Origin: Octopus sinensis
Taxonomy: Eukaryota
DNA: 64,000 nucleotides
Direction of reading: 5' to 3'
NCBI RefSeq assembly: GCF_006345805.1
Contig: NC_042997.1
Coordinates: forward strand, 45,260,001-45,324,000
The notes beneath the pieces are model-generated. The model did no database searches. It was not told the DNA's origin and worked only from the letters and a program-made list of their open reading frames with translations. Each line of letters begins with the position of its first letter. Position 1 is the first letter of the stretch. Shown here piece by piece: positions 26,391 through 39,869 of the stretch. A program made the position numbers and the translations under genes.

Positions 26391-26859
26391 CTTACTGAGG
26401 TTAAACATTGACACATGATTACATTCACAAACAACCACACACACACACACACTGGAATCCTTGTTAGGATTAATGTATGACTTGCATAGGAGACAAAAAA
26501 AAATAAAAAAAAATAAAAAGCATGCCATAAAAAAATGTAAGGATACCCTCCCTAAAAAAAGAAATACGCCAGCAGCTTACCCTATTTATCCCCACCCATC
26601 CATCTTTCCCTTAAACTGTAAAACAAGCACAATATAGACTTGTTCGTCTGAAAGATATGCAGCAATTTCAGCTTGCATGAAATTTCCTATATATCTTTAG
26701 GAGGAGATGGAGAGATTTTCACTGCTGTTGCTAGGTTGTGCTTAGTAATTGCAAAACTTTCAAGCTTGACTGATAAAACATTTTTCTAATCAAATAATTT
26801 TGTAGCGATTTTAATTTTATATTTTTGAGTAGTTGGATACTCACAACACATATATTGAT

Positions 26860-27635
26860 GATTGTGCATGTGAATATGTATGTGTATATACATATATATA
26901 TACATATAATATATACATATATATATATATAATATATATATATATTTATTAGTGTGTTAGTGTGTGCACACATATGTATGTGTATATACATATGAAAACA
27001 TACACACACACACACACACACACCCGAATATATACAAATATATATATAAACATATACAAATATATATATATTATACATATATATATATATACCATATATA
27101 TACATATATATATATATACATATATATATACATATATATATATATACATATTATATACATATATATATAATATATATATACATTATATATATACATATAT
27201 ATATATATACATATATATATATATCAATATATATATATACTATATATATACATATATATATATCCATATATATATATATATATATATACATTATATATAT
27301 ATATATATATCTATACATATATATATACATATAATATATACATATATATATACATATATATATACATATATATATACATTATATATATACATATATAATA
27401 CATATATAATATACATATATATATATACATATATATATATATTATATAATATATACATATATATATATAGATATATATACATAATATATACATATATATA
27501 TACAATATATATATACATATATATATACATATATATATACTATATATATACATATAATATATACATATATATATATACATATATACATATATATCTATAT
27601 ATATATATATATCTATACATATATATATTATATAC

Positions 27636-27669
<34 letters not shown>

Positions 27670-27820
27670 TACATATATATATACATATATATATATAACA
27701 TATATATATATATACATATATTATACATATATATATTACATATATATATATATATCTAATATATATATATATATAATATATACATATATACATATATATA
27801 TAAACATATACAAACATATA
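26860..27820. repeat. compound TA/TACA microsatellite
   Basis: Directly visible. Confidence 0.97.
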
Positions 27821-27944
27821 ACGCTGGTGCATCAGCATGGCCGCAGCTCTGAGCTGAAACTAGAAAAGAAAAAAAAAACATATAAACTCACACATACAAA
27901 TATGTGTGTGTGTGTGTGTGTGTTTGTGCATGACTGTATGATTA

Positions 27945-28323
27945 AGAAATTTGCTTTGCAACTGCAAGGGTTTGGGTTAGCCCCATCTTTAGCAACTGTC
28001 TTCTATATCCCCAACCAAAACATTGTGAGCAGAACTGGTCGATGGGAACTAAAAGAAGCCCAACATTCATATGTATGTCTACGTTTGCGTCTCCTTGCAT
28101 TGATGTTGTGTGTGGTTGTTGTAAATGAATGATGTTAATTTCCAATATTCTGTAAAAACATGTCTGTTGGTGGCAAATATTACTTTGGCCGGATATCGGA
28201 TATCGGTTAGCATTGGCAGCATAAAAGGCATCTGGCTATGGAAAATTTGATACAATAAACTACAGCTGACCCATGAAGGTTTGAAGGTTTGTAAAACTGG
28301 ATGTTAAAATGATGTTGCCGATG
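27945..28323 (+). mobile_element. old SINE with A-type head and B-type tail
   Basis: ttgtgag..tggtcgatgggaactaaaagaagccc head module; ttggcagcataaaaggcatctggctatggaaa..ggatgttaaaatgatg tail. Confidence 0.5.
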
Positions 28324-28449
28324 ATATACATACACACAAATATATATGCTCATGTATACAACCACATATATATATATATTTATATACACACACACACATA
28401 CATACACACGCACATATATACACACAAATTTGGTGCATTGCAGTACTTT

Positions 28450-28737
28450 ATAATAATAATAATAATTGTGTACAGTGCTCAGGTGCACTACAACTCATCT
28501 AAAGTGTATGTATAATCAGGTGTAGTTTCGCCGGATTTCGGAAAGCATGAGGGCCTTAAAGGATGCAGTGTCATGGAAGTCAACAACTGATGCAGGCAGT
28601 TTATTCCATGCTTCAGCAACTCTGAGCGTGAAAAAATGTTTCCGAAAGTCATGGGAGTTGTGTTGTTTTCTGACTTTGTAGGCGTGTCCACGTGTGTTGG
28701 ACACATGGAGATCAAAAAGGTGCCTTGCTATACTCAA
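28450..28737 (-). pseudogene. CR1 LINE C-terminus and 3' UTR with (ATT)n tail
   Basis: LFDLHVSNTRGHAYKVRKQHNSHDFRKHFFTLRVAEAWNKLPASVV..SFKAL, the typical CR1 TRGH..K..FF..RV..WN.LP..VV..FK terminus. Confidence 0.88.
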
Positions 28738-28780
28738 GAAGAAACATCCTCCACAGGAGAAAGGTTAATGCTGCTCCCTT

Positions 28781-28851
28781 GCTTGTGAGCTCTGGTCAAA
28801 CCATCCAACCTGTGCCAGTATGGAAAACGGACATTAAAAGATGATGATGAT
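28781..28851 (+). mobile_element. family B 3' tail
   Basis: ggtcaaaccatccaacctgtgccagtatggaaaacggacattaaaagatgatgatga. Confidence 0.75.
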
Positions 28852-29167
28852 AATGGCTTAGTGGTTAGGGTATTTGGCTCGTGACTGCAAGGTCAGGAGT
28901 TCAATTCCTGACAACACATTTCGTCCTTGAGCAAGACACTTTATGTCACACTGCTCTGGTTCACTCAGCTGGCAGAAATGAGCAGTACCTGTATTTCAAA
29001 AAGCCAGCTTTGTCACACTCTGTGTGATGCCGAATCTCCCTGAGAGCTACATTAAGGGTACACATGTCTGTGGAGTGCTCAGCCACTTGGACATTAATTT
29101 CACGAGCAGGCTGTTCTGTTGGTCGGATCAACTGGAACCCTCATCATCGTAACTGATAGAGTGCCAT
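28852..29167 (+). mobile_element. tRNA-headed SINE (C/D-related head, distinct body)
   Basis: A-box tggcttagtgg, B-box gagttcaattcc, gtccttgagcaagacacttt, ttcactcagctggcagaaatgag; ends at (TA)n. Confidence 0.75.
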
Positions 29168-29389
29168 ATATATATATATATATATATATAAGTAGTTGAA
29201 TGAATTATCCTAGTATGGATAATTCGGTTAACTGATACCCGGGTAGCAAATTCATATGTCGAAACATATGTCGAGAATAAAGGAATTTTGTTAAATCGTC
29301 GTTTGACTCCATTCTTTCATTTATATATATATGATGATGATACACAAACACATACGTATTTATACTTGTTGATTGAGAGAGGGTGGTAC

Positions 29390-29811
29390 AAGACCGAGAT
29401 GGATGGAGGAAGAGAGTGGACCAGTGGTTGTTCGAAGTTTGAAAGAGAGAAAATGAAGCAGGAAAAGATTAAGAGAAGGCTTAGAAGGAATGAACCTGTG
29501 GAAAATGAATTTGTGGGAGGAGGTGCTTGAGTCATGTGGGCTTGGTCAGCCATCAGAGAACTCACAGGAATCGACCCATGGTGAATTGTGATTTCGCTAT
29601 TGTTCACAACAGAACATGTACAACGTGTGGAAAGGTGTGCCTCTTAGTAGGAGGGTTGAAAAGGCATGTCAAAGAAGTTCATACTGTGGCACCTGCTCCT
29701 TCTGCCAGCCAGCACAAGTGCGCATTATGCAATAGAATGTGCAAATCTTTTGCCAGGCTCAAGAGTCATACAAGGGCCTCTCATTGCATCAGCAATGAGT
29801 CATTTCAGTGA
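29390..29811 (+). pseudogene. RTE-type LINE C-terminus carrying C2H2 zinc fingers
   Basis: GCSKFEREKMKQEKIKRRLRR followed by CGRRCLSHVGLVSHQRTH (partial finger), CTTCGKVCLLVGGLKRHVKEVH and CALCNRMCKSFARLKSHTRASH (both C-x2-C-x12-H-x4-H). Confidence 0.7.
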
Positions 29812-29857
29812 CTCTTTCTAGCAATGATTTTACTTGTATACAAGAAAGCAGCTAAGA

Positions 29858-30110
29858 TGCCAGCCTCGCCTGGCCTCCATGCCGGTGGCACATAAAAAAC
29901 ACCATCCGAGTGTGGCCGTTCGCCAGCCTCGCCTGGCACCTGTGTTGGTGGAACATAAAAAGCACCCACTACACTCAGGGAGTGGTTGACGTTAGGAAGG
30001 GCATCCAGCTGACTGGCCTGGTGCAGCCTTCGGGCTTCCCAGACCCCAGTTGAACTGTCCAACTCATGCTAGCATGGAAAGCGGACGTTAAACGATGATG
30101 ATGATGATGA
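29858..30110 (+). mobile_element. family B copy (sense orientation)
   Basis: About 2 VNTR units, gttaggaagggcatccagctg, a short internal deletion, and tail gcggacgttaaacgatgatgatg. Confidence 0.9.
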
Positions 30111-31062
30111 TATATATATGCATATATGCATATATATATATATGCATATATGCACATATATATATGCATATATGCATATATGCATATATATATATATATA
30201 TGCATATGCCTACATACATGCATATATATATATGCATGCGTTTATGTATACATACATGCATACATATATATACATACTTACATGTTCAAGTATATACACA
30301 TGTAAATAGAGGAAAGATATAAAAGAAAATGGAAAGAAATCTGAAGTCGTTCACTTAAAAATGAAAGACGTCAGCAGGAGAGCTTGATGGGACACCAACC
30401 CATAAATAGACATATGTGTGTCTTCCTAGAAGACAAGTTCTAAAGTACATCATCAGTAGAGAAATAGATTCAAAAACCAAGTTCATGAAAACCAAAATAA
30501 AACAGAAACAAATACGCAATAAACATCATCAAAGAAAAATAATTGTTTTGTGGGTGGGTGAAGTTAAGCAACTTGTCATATCTGATAGAAAAAATAACAA
30601 TGATGCGTAATATTATGGAAGCGTGTGTGTGAGAGAGAGAGAGAGAGAGAGGGCACAGTTCAGGGGAGGGTTGAGGTAAAGAAACTTTAAGTGAACGTTA
30701 CAAATGGACAATTAGACTGCAAGACAAGGAATACTGTTTGTATATTAATAGTATGCATTATACTAGAGACTCTAACCATAGGCAAAACAAAGAATAAAAA
30801 CAAAATGTTACTAAAAAACAAATGAACAAAGAAAAATGCATGTATGTATGTGTGTGTGTGAGTGTGTCTGCGTGTGTCTGTATATATACATATATATATA
30901 CGTGTTTATATACACAGGCATACATCTACATACATACATTCACACACATACATTCATACATACATATGCATATATACACATGCATTCACACATACATACA
31001 TACGTTCACACACACACATACATACAATACATAGAGACAAGCATATATTATGTGCATAAATA

Positions 31063-31095
<33 letters not shown>

Positions 31096-31445
31096 ATATG
31101 TATATGTATGTGGGTGTGTATATGTGTGATGTGAGTACCTTTGACTTGGCATCATGTAATGGCAGTAAACAAACAAGTGATGTTGTTCGTTGTGAGTCTT
31201 CTGTGAAGGAAACGTCTGGAAGTCTGGCTTGGAAACAAGTGAATGTTAGCAGCAGGAAGGGCATCCACAGAAAATCTGCCACATTAAATGAGGATATATA
31301 TATATATATACATGCATATATGAATATACATATATATATATATATATATATATGTGCATATATGAATATACATATATATATATGCATATATGAATATGCA
31401 TATATATATATATGCATATATGAATATATATATATATATATATGT

Positions 31446-31690
31446 ATCATCATCATCATCATCATCATCATTTAGCGTCCGTTTTCCATGCTAGCATGGG
31501 TTGGACGGTTCAACTGGGGTCTGGGGAGCCCGAAGGCTGCACCAGGCCAGTCAGATCTGGCAGTGTTTCTACAGCTGGATGCCCTTCCTAACGCCAACCA
31601 CTCCGAGAGTGTAGTGGGTGATTTTATGTGCCACCGACACAGGTGCCAGACGAGGCTGGCGAACGGCCACGCTCGGATGGTGTTTTTATG
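31446..31690 (-). mobile_element. family B copy, one VNTR unit
   Basis: Nearly identical to 6476-6715. Confidence 0.9.
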
Positions 31691-32546
31691 AATATACATA
31701 TATGTCTCTCATAACATAAATTTATGTATTCATATACATATTTACTGATGCATGTATGTATGTATGTATATGTATATATATATATATATATATGAAGTGA
31801 GAGAGAGAAAAGATTAACAAAAGTAATATTTAAATATCTATTTTGATTACAGTGCAAGCAGAACGATTGAAAGGAGGAAACCTTTCTTGGTGGAGAGAGA
31901 CAGCTGCATAATATTTATTGTGGTTTTCATAAATCAATAAATATAAGATGAATTTATTTATCTATTTATTCTGTCATGTGAAGAACAATAAACATATACA
32001 CACAGGATATAGAATATGTGATAAAACTGCTAGAGAAAAAAAAAAAAAATTCAGTAGTTGTAGTAATGGTGGTGGTGGTGGTAGTGGTGGTGATGGTTAG
32101 TAAGTAAGAGGGTAAGAAAGAATCAATTTTAGTTATCTAATTCTTTTTTATTTTTGCATTTTACATCCTCCTAACTGATATGCTACTGCTGTTGTTGAGA
32201 GATTGCACAAGTGTACAAAGAATGCATCAAAAGCTTGTATGGTGTGAGTTCCCTCGACCAGATAAGCCAACGGTAATCTATAGTTGCATTTAGACAAATG
32301 GAAGATGAACAGAGAGGTCTACAGAGACCTGGACATTCTTCAAATGATGACAGAAATACTGGCGGTTGCAAAACTACTGTAAAACGCCCTGAGTAGATTC
32401 ACTATGTTAACTGCAATCCCTTAGCCTAGATTATGGAGGAGTTGTTTGGTTTTGTGTTTTATCTCATTCATTACATAACCTCACATCTTGGCCATACACG
32501 ACTCTCACTACCAAAACTAATGACACCATCACATATGGCAAGATAA

Positions 32547-32759
32547 ACTCTTTACTCTTTTACTTGTTTCAGTCATTTGACTGTGGCCATGCTGGAGCAC
32601 CGGCTTCTTTTAGTCGAGCAATTCGACCCTGGGACTTATTCTTTGTAAGCCCAGTACTTATTCTATCGGTCTCTTTTGCCGAACCGCTAAGTGACGGGGA
32701 CGTAAACACACCAGCATTGGTTGTCAAGCAATGCAAGGGGGACAATCACAGACACACAA

Positions 32760-32794
<35 letters not shown>

Positions 32795-32962
32795 CATATA
32801 CACGACAGGCTTCTTTCAGTTTCCGTCTACAAAATCCACTCACAAGGCATTGGTCGGCCCGGGGCTATAGCAGAAGACACTTGCCCAAGATGCCACGCAG
32901 TGGGACTGAACCCGGAACCATGTGGTTGGTTAGCAAGCTACTTACCACACAGCCACTCCTGC
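32547..32962 (-). mobile_element. SINE family A (copy 3)
   Basis: Full head, microsatellite and tail modules. Confidence 0.92.
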
Positions 32963-33362
32963 ACTTAAGCAGGGAGCCTCTATGTGGTTATCCGAAAAGC
33001 TAGAAATAAGAGAGTTGAATCTTTCTGAATTCACACCTGACTGTTTTCAAAATTACAATTTGGATAATGTTGTTTAGAATACACAAATTTCAAAAGAAAA
33101 TGTGAAAAAATGCCATAAGATCACAGTCTGAAAGCCTTTGATCATGTTCTCTCCACCACAGCCAACTTCAGGTTAAACAACAACAACAGCAGCAGCAAAT
33201 AAAAGAAATCTGATGACTAAGAAATAAATTACTACGCATTAATTGCATTTAATTGTGTACACTGGCTATCAAAGCTGATCATACAAGTTCTTAACTTTAC
33301 AAATCTAAAGCTGCAATGCTGTACATGTACACATATTTTATATATATGTGAGTGTGTATACA

Positions 33363-33401
<39 letters not shown>

Positions 33402-34317
33402 TATATATATATATATATTATATATATATTATATATATTGACAGAACATAAAAGATTGGTTATAAGATATTTAGTTACACCATATTATACATGTTTCATT
33501 AACAATATGAAAAAATTACTAGAGATATGAATAAATCAAAATGAATAGTCCGACTTTCAGACATGTATCGTATACATGCTTTTACATCAACATAAAGATT
33601 TTGGTCTATCTTATTGGTTTCAGTACTGGTTATTTTCCAAGGCTACCACTTAATATAATAATCTATTTTCATTGCACCACACACAAGGTTACGGGACAAA
33701 AAACAAACACCATTTAATCAGCTGGTGCATAGATAACCAAAGTTAGTGCATAGATAAACAAAGAAAGAGGTCCACCCACTCCCTCATACATGTTTATATA
33801 TATATCTAATATATATATATATATTCATAAGTACTACACTTCCATAAAATTTCCATATATCAATTTTAGCTTACAAGGTACTGATTGGCCTGAAACTGCA
33901 AAAGAGTTGTTCAAGATGTCACACAAGGGACCAACTCAGACAGCATGGTTACAATGCAAGCTCCCAACTCACAACCATAAGGCACCTATATGGTTAAAAA
34001 TATCTATGCGTGTGTATGTGTGTGTGTGTGTAATTTAAATACATATTGAGATATACTTACACGGACATATAGAGAAAGAGAGAGAGAGAGAGAGGGGGGA
34101 GGAAAGAGAGAAGGAGGGTTTGATAACAACACTAGCGTTAGTGTTATGGCAAACTGTACTTAGTACATTCTGCAAAGAAGTTGCTGCTAACCAGGTTGTC
34201 TATAACCATGAGAAAAAAATCCCAAAATGAGAACTGACGCAGACTGCGACAGCCCATCCAACCATGTCAGCATGGAAACGATGATAACACACACACACAC
34301 ACACTAGAAAAATAAGT

Positions 34318-34869
<552 letters not shown>

Positions 34870-36749
34870 AGGCAGGGAGCATACACGAGAGATTTTGCTG
34901 ATATTTCTTGCAGGTCAGCAACTCTGCAGAGGCCATTTATCTTGCATGTGTTTTGGTTACCACACAAGTAGCCAAATTTCATGCTTACAATTTGGTGGCT
35001 CCTGTACCCTCTTTAAATACCTCCAAATCCAGCAAGCACATGCATATAAAATGGTTGTCCCGTGCAGCCCAGTATAGTGCTATGCTACTGACAGAAGCTT
35101 CCCAGCTTGCTCAAAGCAAATACTTTTTAACCCCATACCAACCATGATCAAGTAAACTTATGATGCAAATCATTGGATCCATGAACCTCTCACATTTTTG
35201 TGTTTGCTACCTTATTTAAAATGGTAGGGTGAGATCCAAAGGAGAGTTGGTTGTTATATCTAGTACGTCAAACGACCACATAGAGACTCCCTCATCGGGT
35301 TGCTATGAAACTCAGTGAAACTAGGGTATTTTGCTAAGAAGTGGTAAAGGGCTAAAATAAGAGGGTGACCCTCACAAAGGATTTGGCAAAGGATCGTGAC
35401 AGGAAGAGAGAGACACTGTCCTGGAAAAGGCACTTTATGCAAAGAATGTGTGGAAAAGCTGATGGATGATCATGATGATGATGAAGAAGAGGAGAAGGAG
35501 GGGATGGTTTGAGAAAAGACATTTAATATCAGAAAATGGACGGAATGATTGAATGTTATGAAACACAGAATGCAATCCACTGTGATTTTTAAATTAGACA
35601 AACAGCATAGTTGCAGTGTAATAGGTATTTGAGATTTTAAAGAATCCATACATATTTATACTTTATAATAATTTTATTATCAATAAATGGGGATATTTCA
35701 ATAGGAAATAACTAACAGAGTGCAGACACCATTGGCAGAAAACTTACCACAGCACATCTTATATAAATTCATTTTTGAATTTAAGAATCGAAGCCTTAGA
35801 AGAATAAAAGATAGTAAATGGACAGAACTAACAAGTATTGAGGACTATTTGCCAAAATGTTATCATAATCGGTTCAGTTTTAAATGCAATGTTACTATAT
35901 GAAATACTACCACAGTGTAAAACACGTAAAAAGAATTATTATTTAGTTCATCAAATACAGAAGGATAACAAAATTAAAATGAATTGCAGTAGGATTTGAA
36001 CACAAAAATATGTGAAACTGGAGAGTGCCAGCAATAATTAAGTAAAAAAATCTAATGAAGTTTGTCACAGTCTTTGCTAATACCACAGAGCAATCACAAT
36101 GGTTTTTACCTTACACTAAGCAAATAAATTTAATGACAATTTTTCTTTCTTTCATTCTTCCATTTTTTCCCCTTTTTGTTGAAGCTTACAAAGAAACTAG
36201 ATGAATACCAGCTCTTCAAAATGTAAAACACAATAACAGACTGCCGTAATATCTAATACTAAACTATTCTATAATAAATCAGTGGTTTAGAATACAAGAG
36301 AAGTTGATGAATGTGTTTGAGAAATCTGCAAGCAAGCAATTGCAAAGTGCAACATTGGAACCAATTGCAGTATATCATATAATATCAAAATGTTTTGTGA
36401 CAGACATTCATCTGAAAACCTAATTCAATAAGATTTTTCATTGAAACTCATCTATTTCTTCAATTCACAAACCCTGTAGATATAACAATGGAATAAGTAA
36501 AGAGGGAGTAATAAGAAATAAGAAAAAAATATATCAATTAATGATGAAAACAGCAACAAAAATAAATGAAAAAATGGTGGAATGGAAAACAGTGAATATA
36601 GAAGATTTAACACATAAATATATATATAAGAATATATGGAAGTATGAATTTATGTATGTGTGAATCATTTTAGAATTTCATTGTGCTCACTAATGCAAAA
36701 TGGAACACAATTCCTACTGATAAAATACAAAGAAATGCTGAATATGCAC

Positions 36750-37125
36750 ATATCATCATCTTCACTATCATCATCTTAGTTTTGCCATAATTGCATGCAA
36801 TGGAAAAGACTTCAACAGAGTCTCACCACTTCTAATATGGTTCTTTGTCACCTTCATAAGGATTAGGCTCTTAAATTAGCTTTCGCCACTTTTTCCTCTC
36901 TTTGGTTTTCCTCTTCTGAGGGTTCCTTCCATTAGGCTGGCTTGGCCCCAAGTGTCATCCTCTATATGCATCACAATTCAATAACAGGTCAAGTTTCTCT
37001 TTTGTACGTTACAACTGATTCCTCTTGTACCTAAATTTTCTCTCAACTTATTTGTTCTTTAATGTTCAGGAACATGAACACTGCACATCCAGTTGATCAT
37101 GCAAACGTCCTTTTTTTCCCAGACC
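36750..37125 (-). mobile_element. RTE-type LINE 3' fragment with (GAT)n tail, decayed
   Basis: Minus strand tggatgtgcagtgttcatgt (WMCSVH)..ttgagagaaaatttaggtacaagaggaatc (LRENLGTRGI)..catgcaattatggc..aagatgatgat. Confidence 0.55.
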
Positions 37126-37516
37126 CTGGACATGTGTGTGTGTGTTGTGCCTGTGTAGTTTAGATGTTTGCTTTACAACCACAAGATTTTGAGTTCAGTC
37201 CTACTGCACAATCACATGCTCTTAAAACCAGGGTACACACAGACACACATAAATATATTTATCTTTCTCTTTCTTACACTGTACGGGCACATAGTGTGAA
37301 TCACATCTTTCATTCTCTGTTAAAAATCTACTAACAAGGCCTGGGACTATGAAAGAAAATATGAGACTTTCTCTCTAAACACACACATACACACCTATAT
37401 ATGTACATACTTAAATACATGTGTGTATCTGTATATATATATAGACACATACGCACACCTACATATGCATTATTTATATAAATATGTGCATTTATATATA
37501 TGTATATATTATATAT

Positions 37517-37547
<31 letters not shown>

Positions 37548-38848
37548 AGAGAATGAAAGTGTGTGTGTGTGTGTGAAAGAGAGGGAGGGAGGAGGGACTA
37601 CACTAGTGCAATGCAATTGAATGCATTTTAAGAAGCTGATTCTGTAATAGAATTATACTGTCTTAACAAGGATGAAAAAAATGTATGACACAATTAAAGG
37701 GTTAAATATGTGTAGAAAAATACATCAATGCATTTCAATTGGAATTATTACTGCAGGTGATTCTTTTTTAATTTTAATTACTTTTTTTGTTTTGTTTTTA
37801 AATATTTATTTTTTTACTTCTTCTAAGTTCAGTCATGAAATTATCATAGTAAGAAAAAGAGTCGAAATACCAATACAATAAAGATACACTGAAGGAAAAA
37901 AGAAAAAAAAAAGGAAAAAGAAGAAGCTGTCTTCTCAAAGAGACATAAAGCAGGTAGTTTATTATGATTGGAGACAGTGAGAGATAAAATGTGTGTGTGT
38001 GTGTACATATACATACATACATATATAATATACATAATATACACACACAGACATGCACATACTCACATGTATAAATACATATATACATGCACCCACACAC
38101 ATATATATACATACATGCACACACACACACATACACACACAGACACATACATACATACATCATATATATATATATATATATGTATGTATATATATATATA
38201 TAGATGTATATATATATGTATATATATGTATATATATATGTATATTATATAATAATGATGTATATATATATGTATATATATATATATATATATATGTATA
38301 TGTATATATGTATACATATATATATATATGCACTCACATTTATAAGTATGATATGCAGCAATATATTCCTATGGTATATATATATATTAGATACAGCTAT
38401 ACGATGTGACTCAGATAGAGATAAAAAAAGACAGGCCTAGAAAGTGATATAGATCAGAGATAGACATACATACATAGGATAAATGGCTATAGATAGTTAG
38501 AGATGGATAGCTAGAGTTTCATGCAGATGGATCAATAGAGAGAGAGAGAAAGAGAAAGAGAGAGAGTGAGTAAGAGAGAGATTGTGTGAGAGAGAGACAG
38601 AAAAGAGAGGAAGAGATTGAAGAAAGATATTGTAAAGGCAAAAAAGAAAGTGAAAGTAGAATTAGGAAAAGAAAAGTAAATAGTGAGAAGAATTTGAAGA
38701 AAATACAGAGTAAAAAAATAGCAATATGTATTTTTTGAAATAGAGTCTATTGAAAGAAGATGCAATAGATATCGTAGAGATAGATATAACAAAATACCAG
38801 GTCTTGAGCATTAATATAAGAAGGAAATAAAGAATATAAAAAAGTGAA

Positions 38849-38900
<52 letters not shown>

Positions 38901-38968
38901 GCACAAGGAATAATAATAATAATGATGATAATGATAGTGATAATAATAATAATAATAATAATAATAAA
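38849..38968. repeat. (AAT)n arrays
   Basis: Directly visible. Confidence 0.95.
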
Positions 38969-39827
38969 AGAACAAGGAATAATAAATATGACCAACAAGT
39001 TCCTTGTCAAAAACAAACTGAAAGAATTCAGTTAAATAATGTGAGGTGGGGGTGAGGGGTGGCAGTGAGGTTTGACTGGGGCGGGGGGGTGTTTGAAGAA
39101 AAACAATGACGACATTGATAATGAAGATGATAATGGTAATGATGGTGATGATGATGATGACGACCAGCTTCATGATGAAGAAGTCGATGCCAAAGTAACA
39201 AAGAATAACTATGAGTAACAACAACAATAACAACAACAGCAGCAACAACAACACTTGCAACAGCAATTACAACTACAATGTTAGAACGATAGTGCTCAAT
39301 CACGTTGAAAAGTGAAAGTAATCAGAAGGTAAATGAATGGTTGTGGGGGGGGGGGCAGGACTGGGAAAGTAGAGGTATAAGTAGATGGAAGTAGGTATTG
39401 AAAGAACCGCGGGGGTGGGTGGGAGGTGGGGGTGGAGAGTGATAGTGAAAGTAAGTAAAATACATAAGGGGGCGGAAAAAATAAACAGCAAAAGAGGAAA
39501 AAAAATCAAATCAAATAAAATATAAACACCTCTAACCCCTTGCCACCTCGAGAAAAACAAAAACAGGAAAACAACAACAACCAATAAAGGAAGAGAAAAA
39601 GAAAGAAGAAGAAGCCAATAAGGGAATAAATACATATTTGAAAAAAAGAAATTGGATAGAAAATGAATGTGTGGTTGCAATTATGTCAGTGAAATGCAAA
39701 CATTCATTTCTAAGATTTTTTTTTCTGTTTTGGTTGTCAATTTAGCTTTCTTCTATTGTGCTTTGGTACAATTGCTGTTGTTGGTATCATTATCATATTT
39801 CTTTTGTAGTAGTAGTAGTAGTAGCAG

Positions 39828-39869
<42 letters not shown>

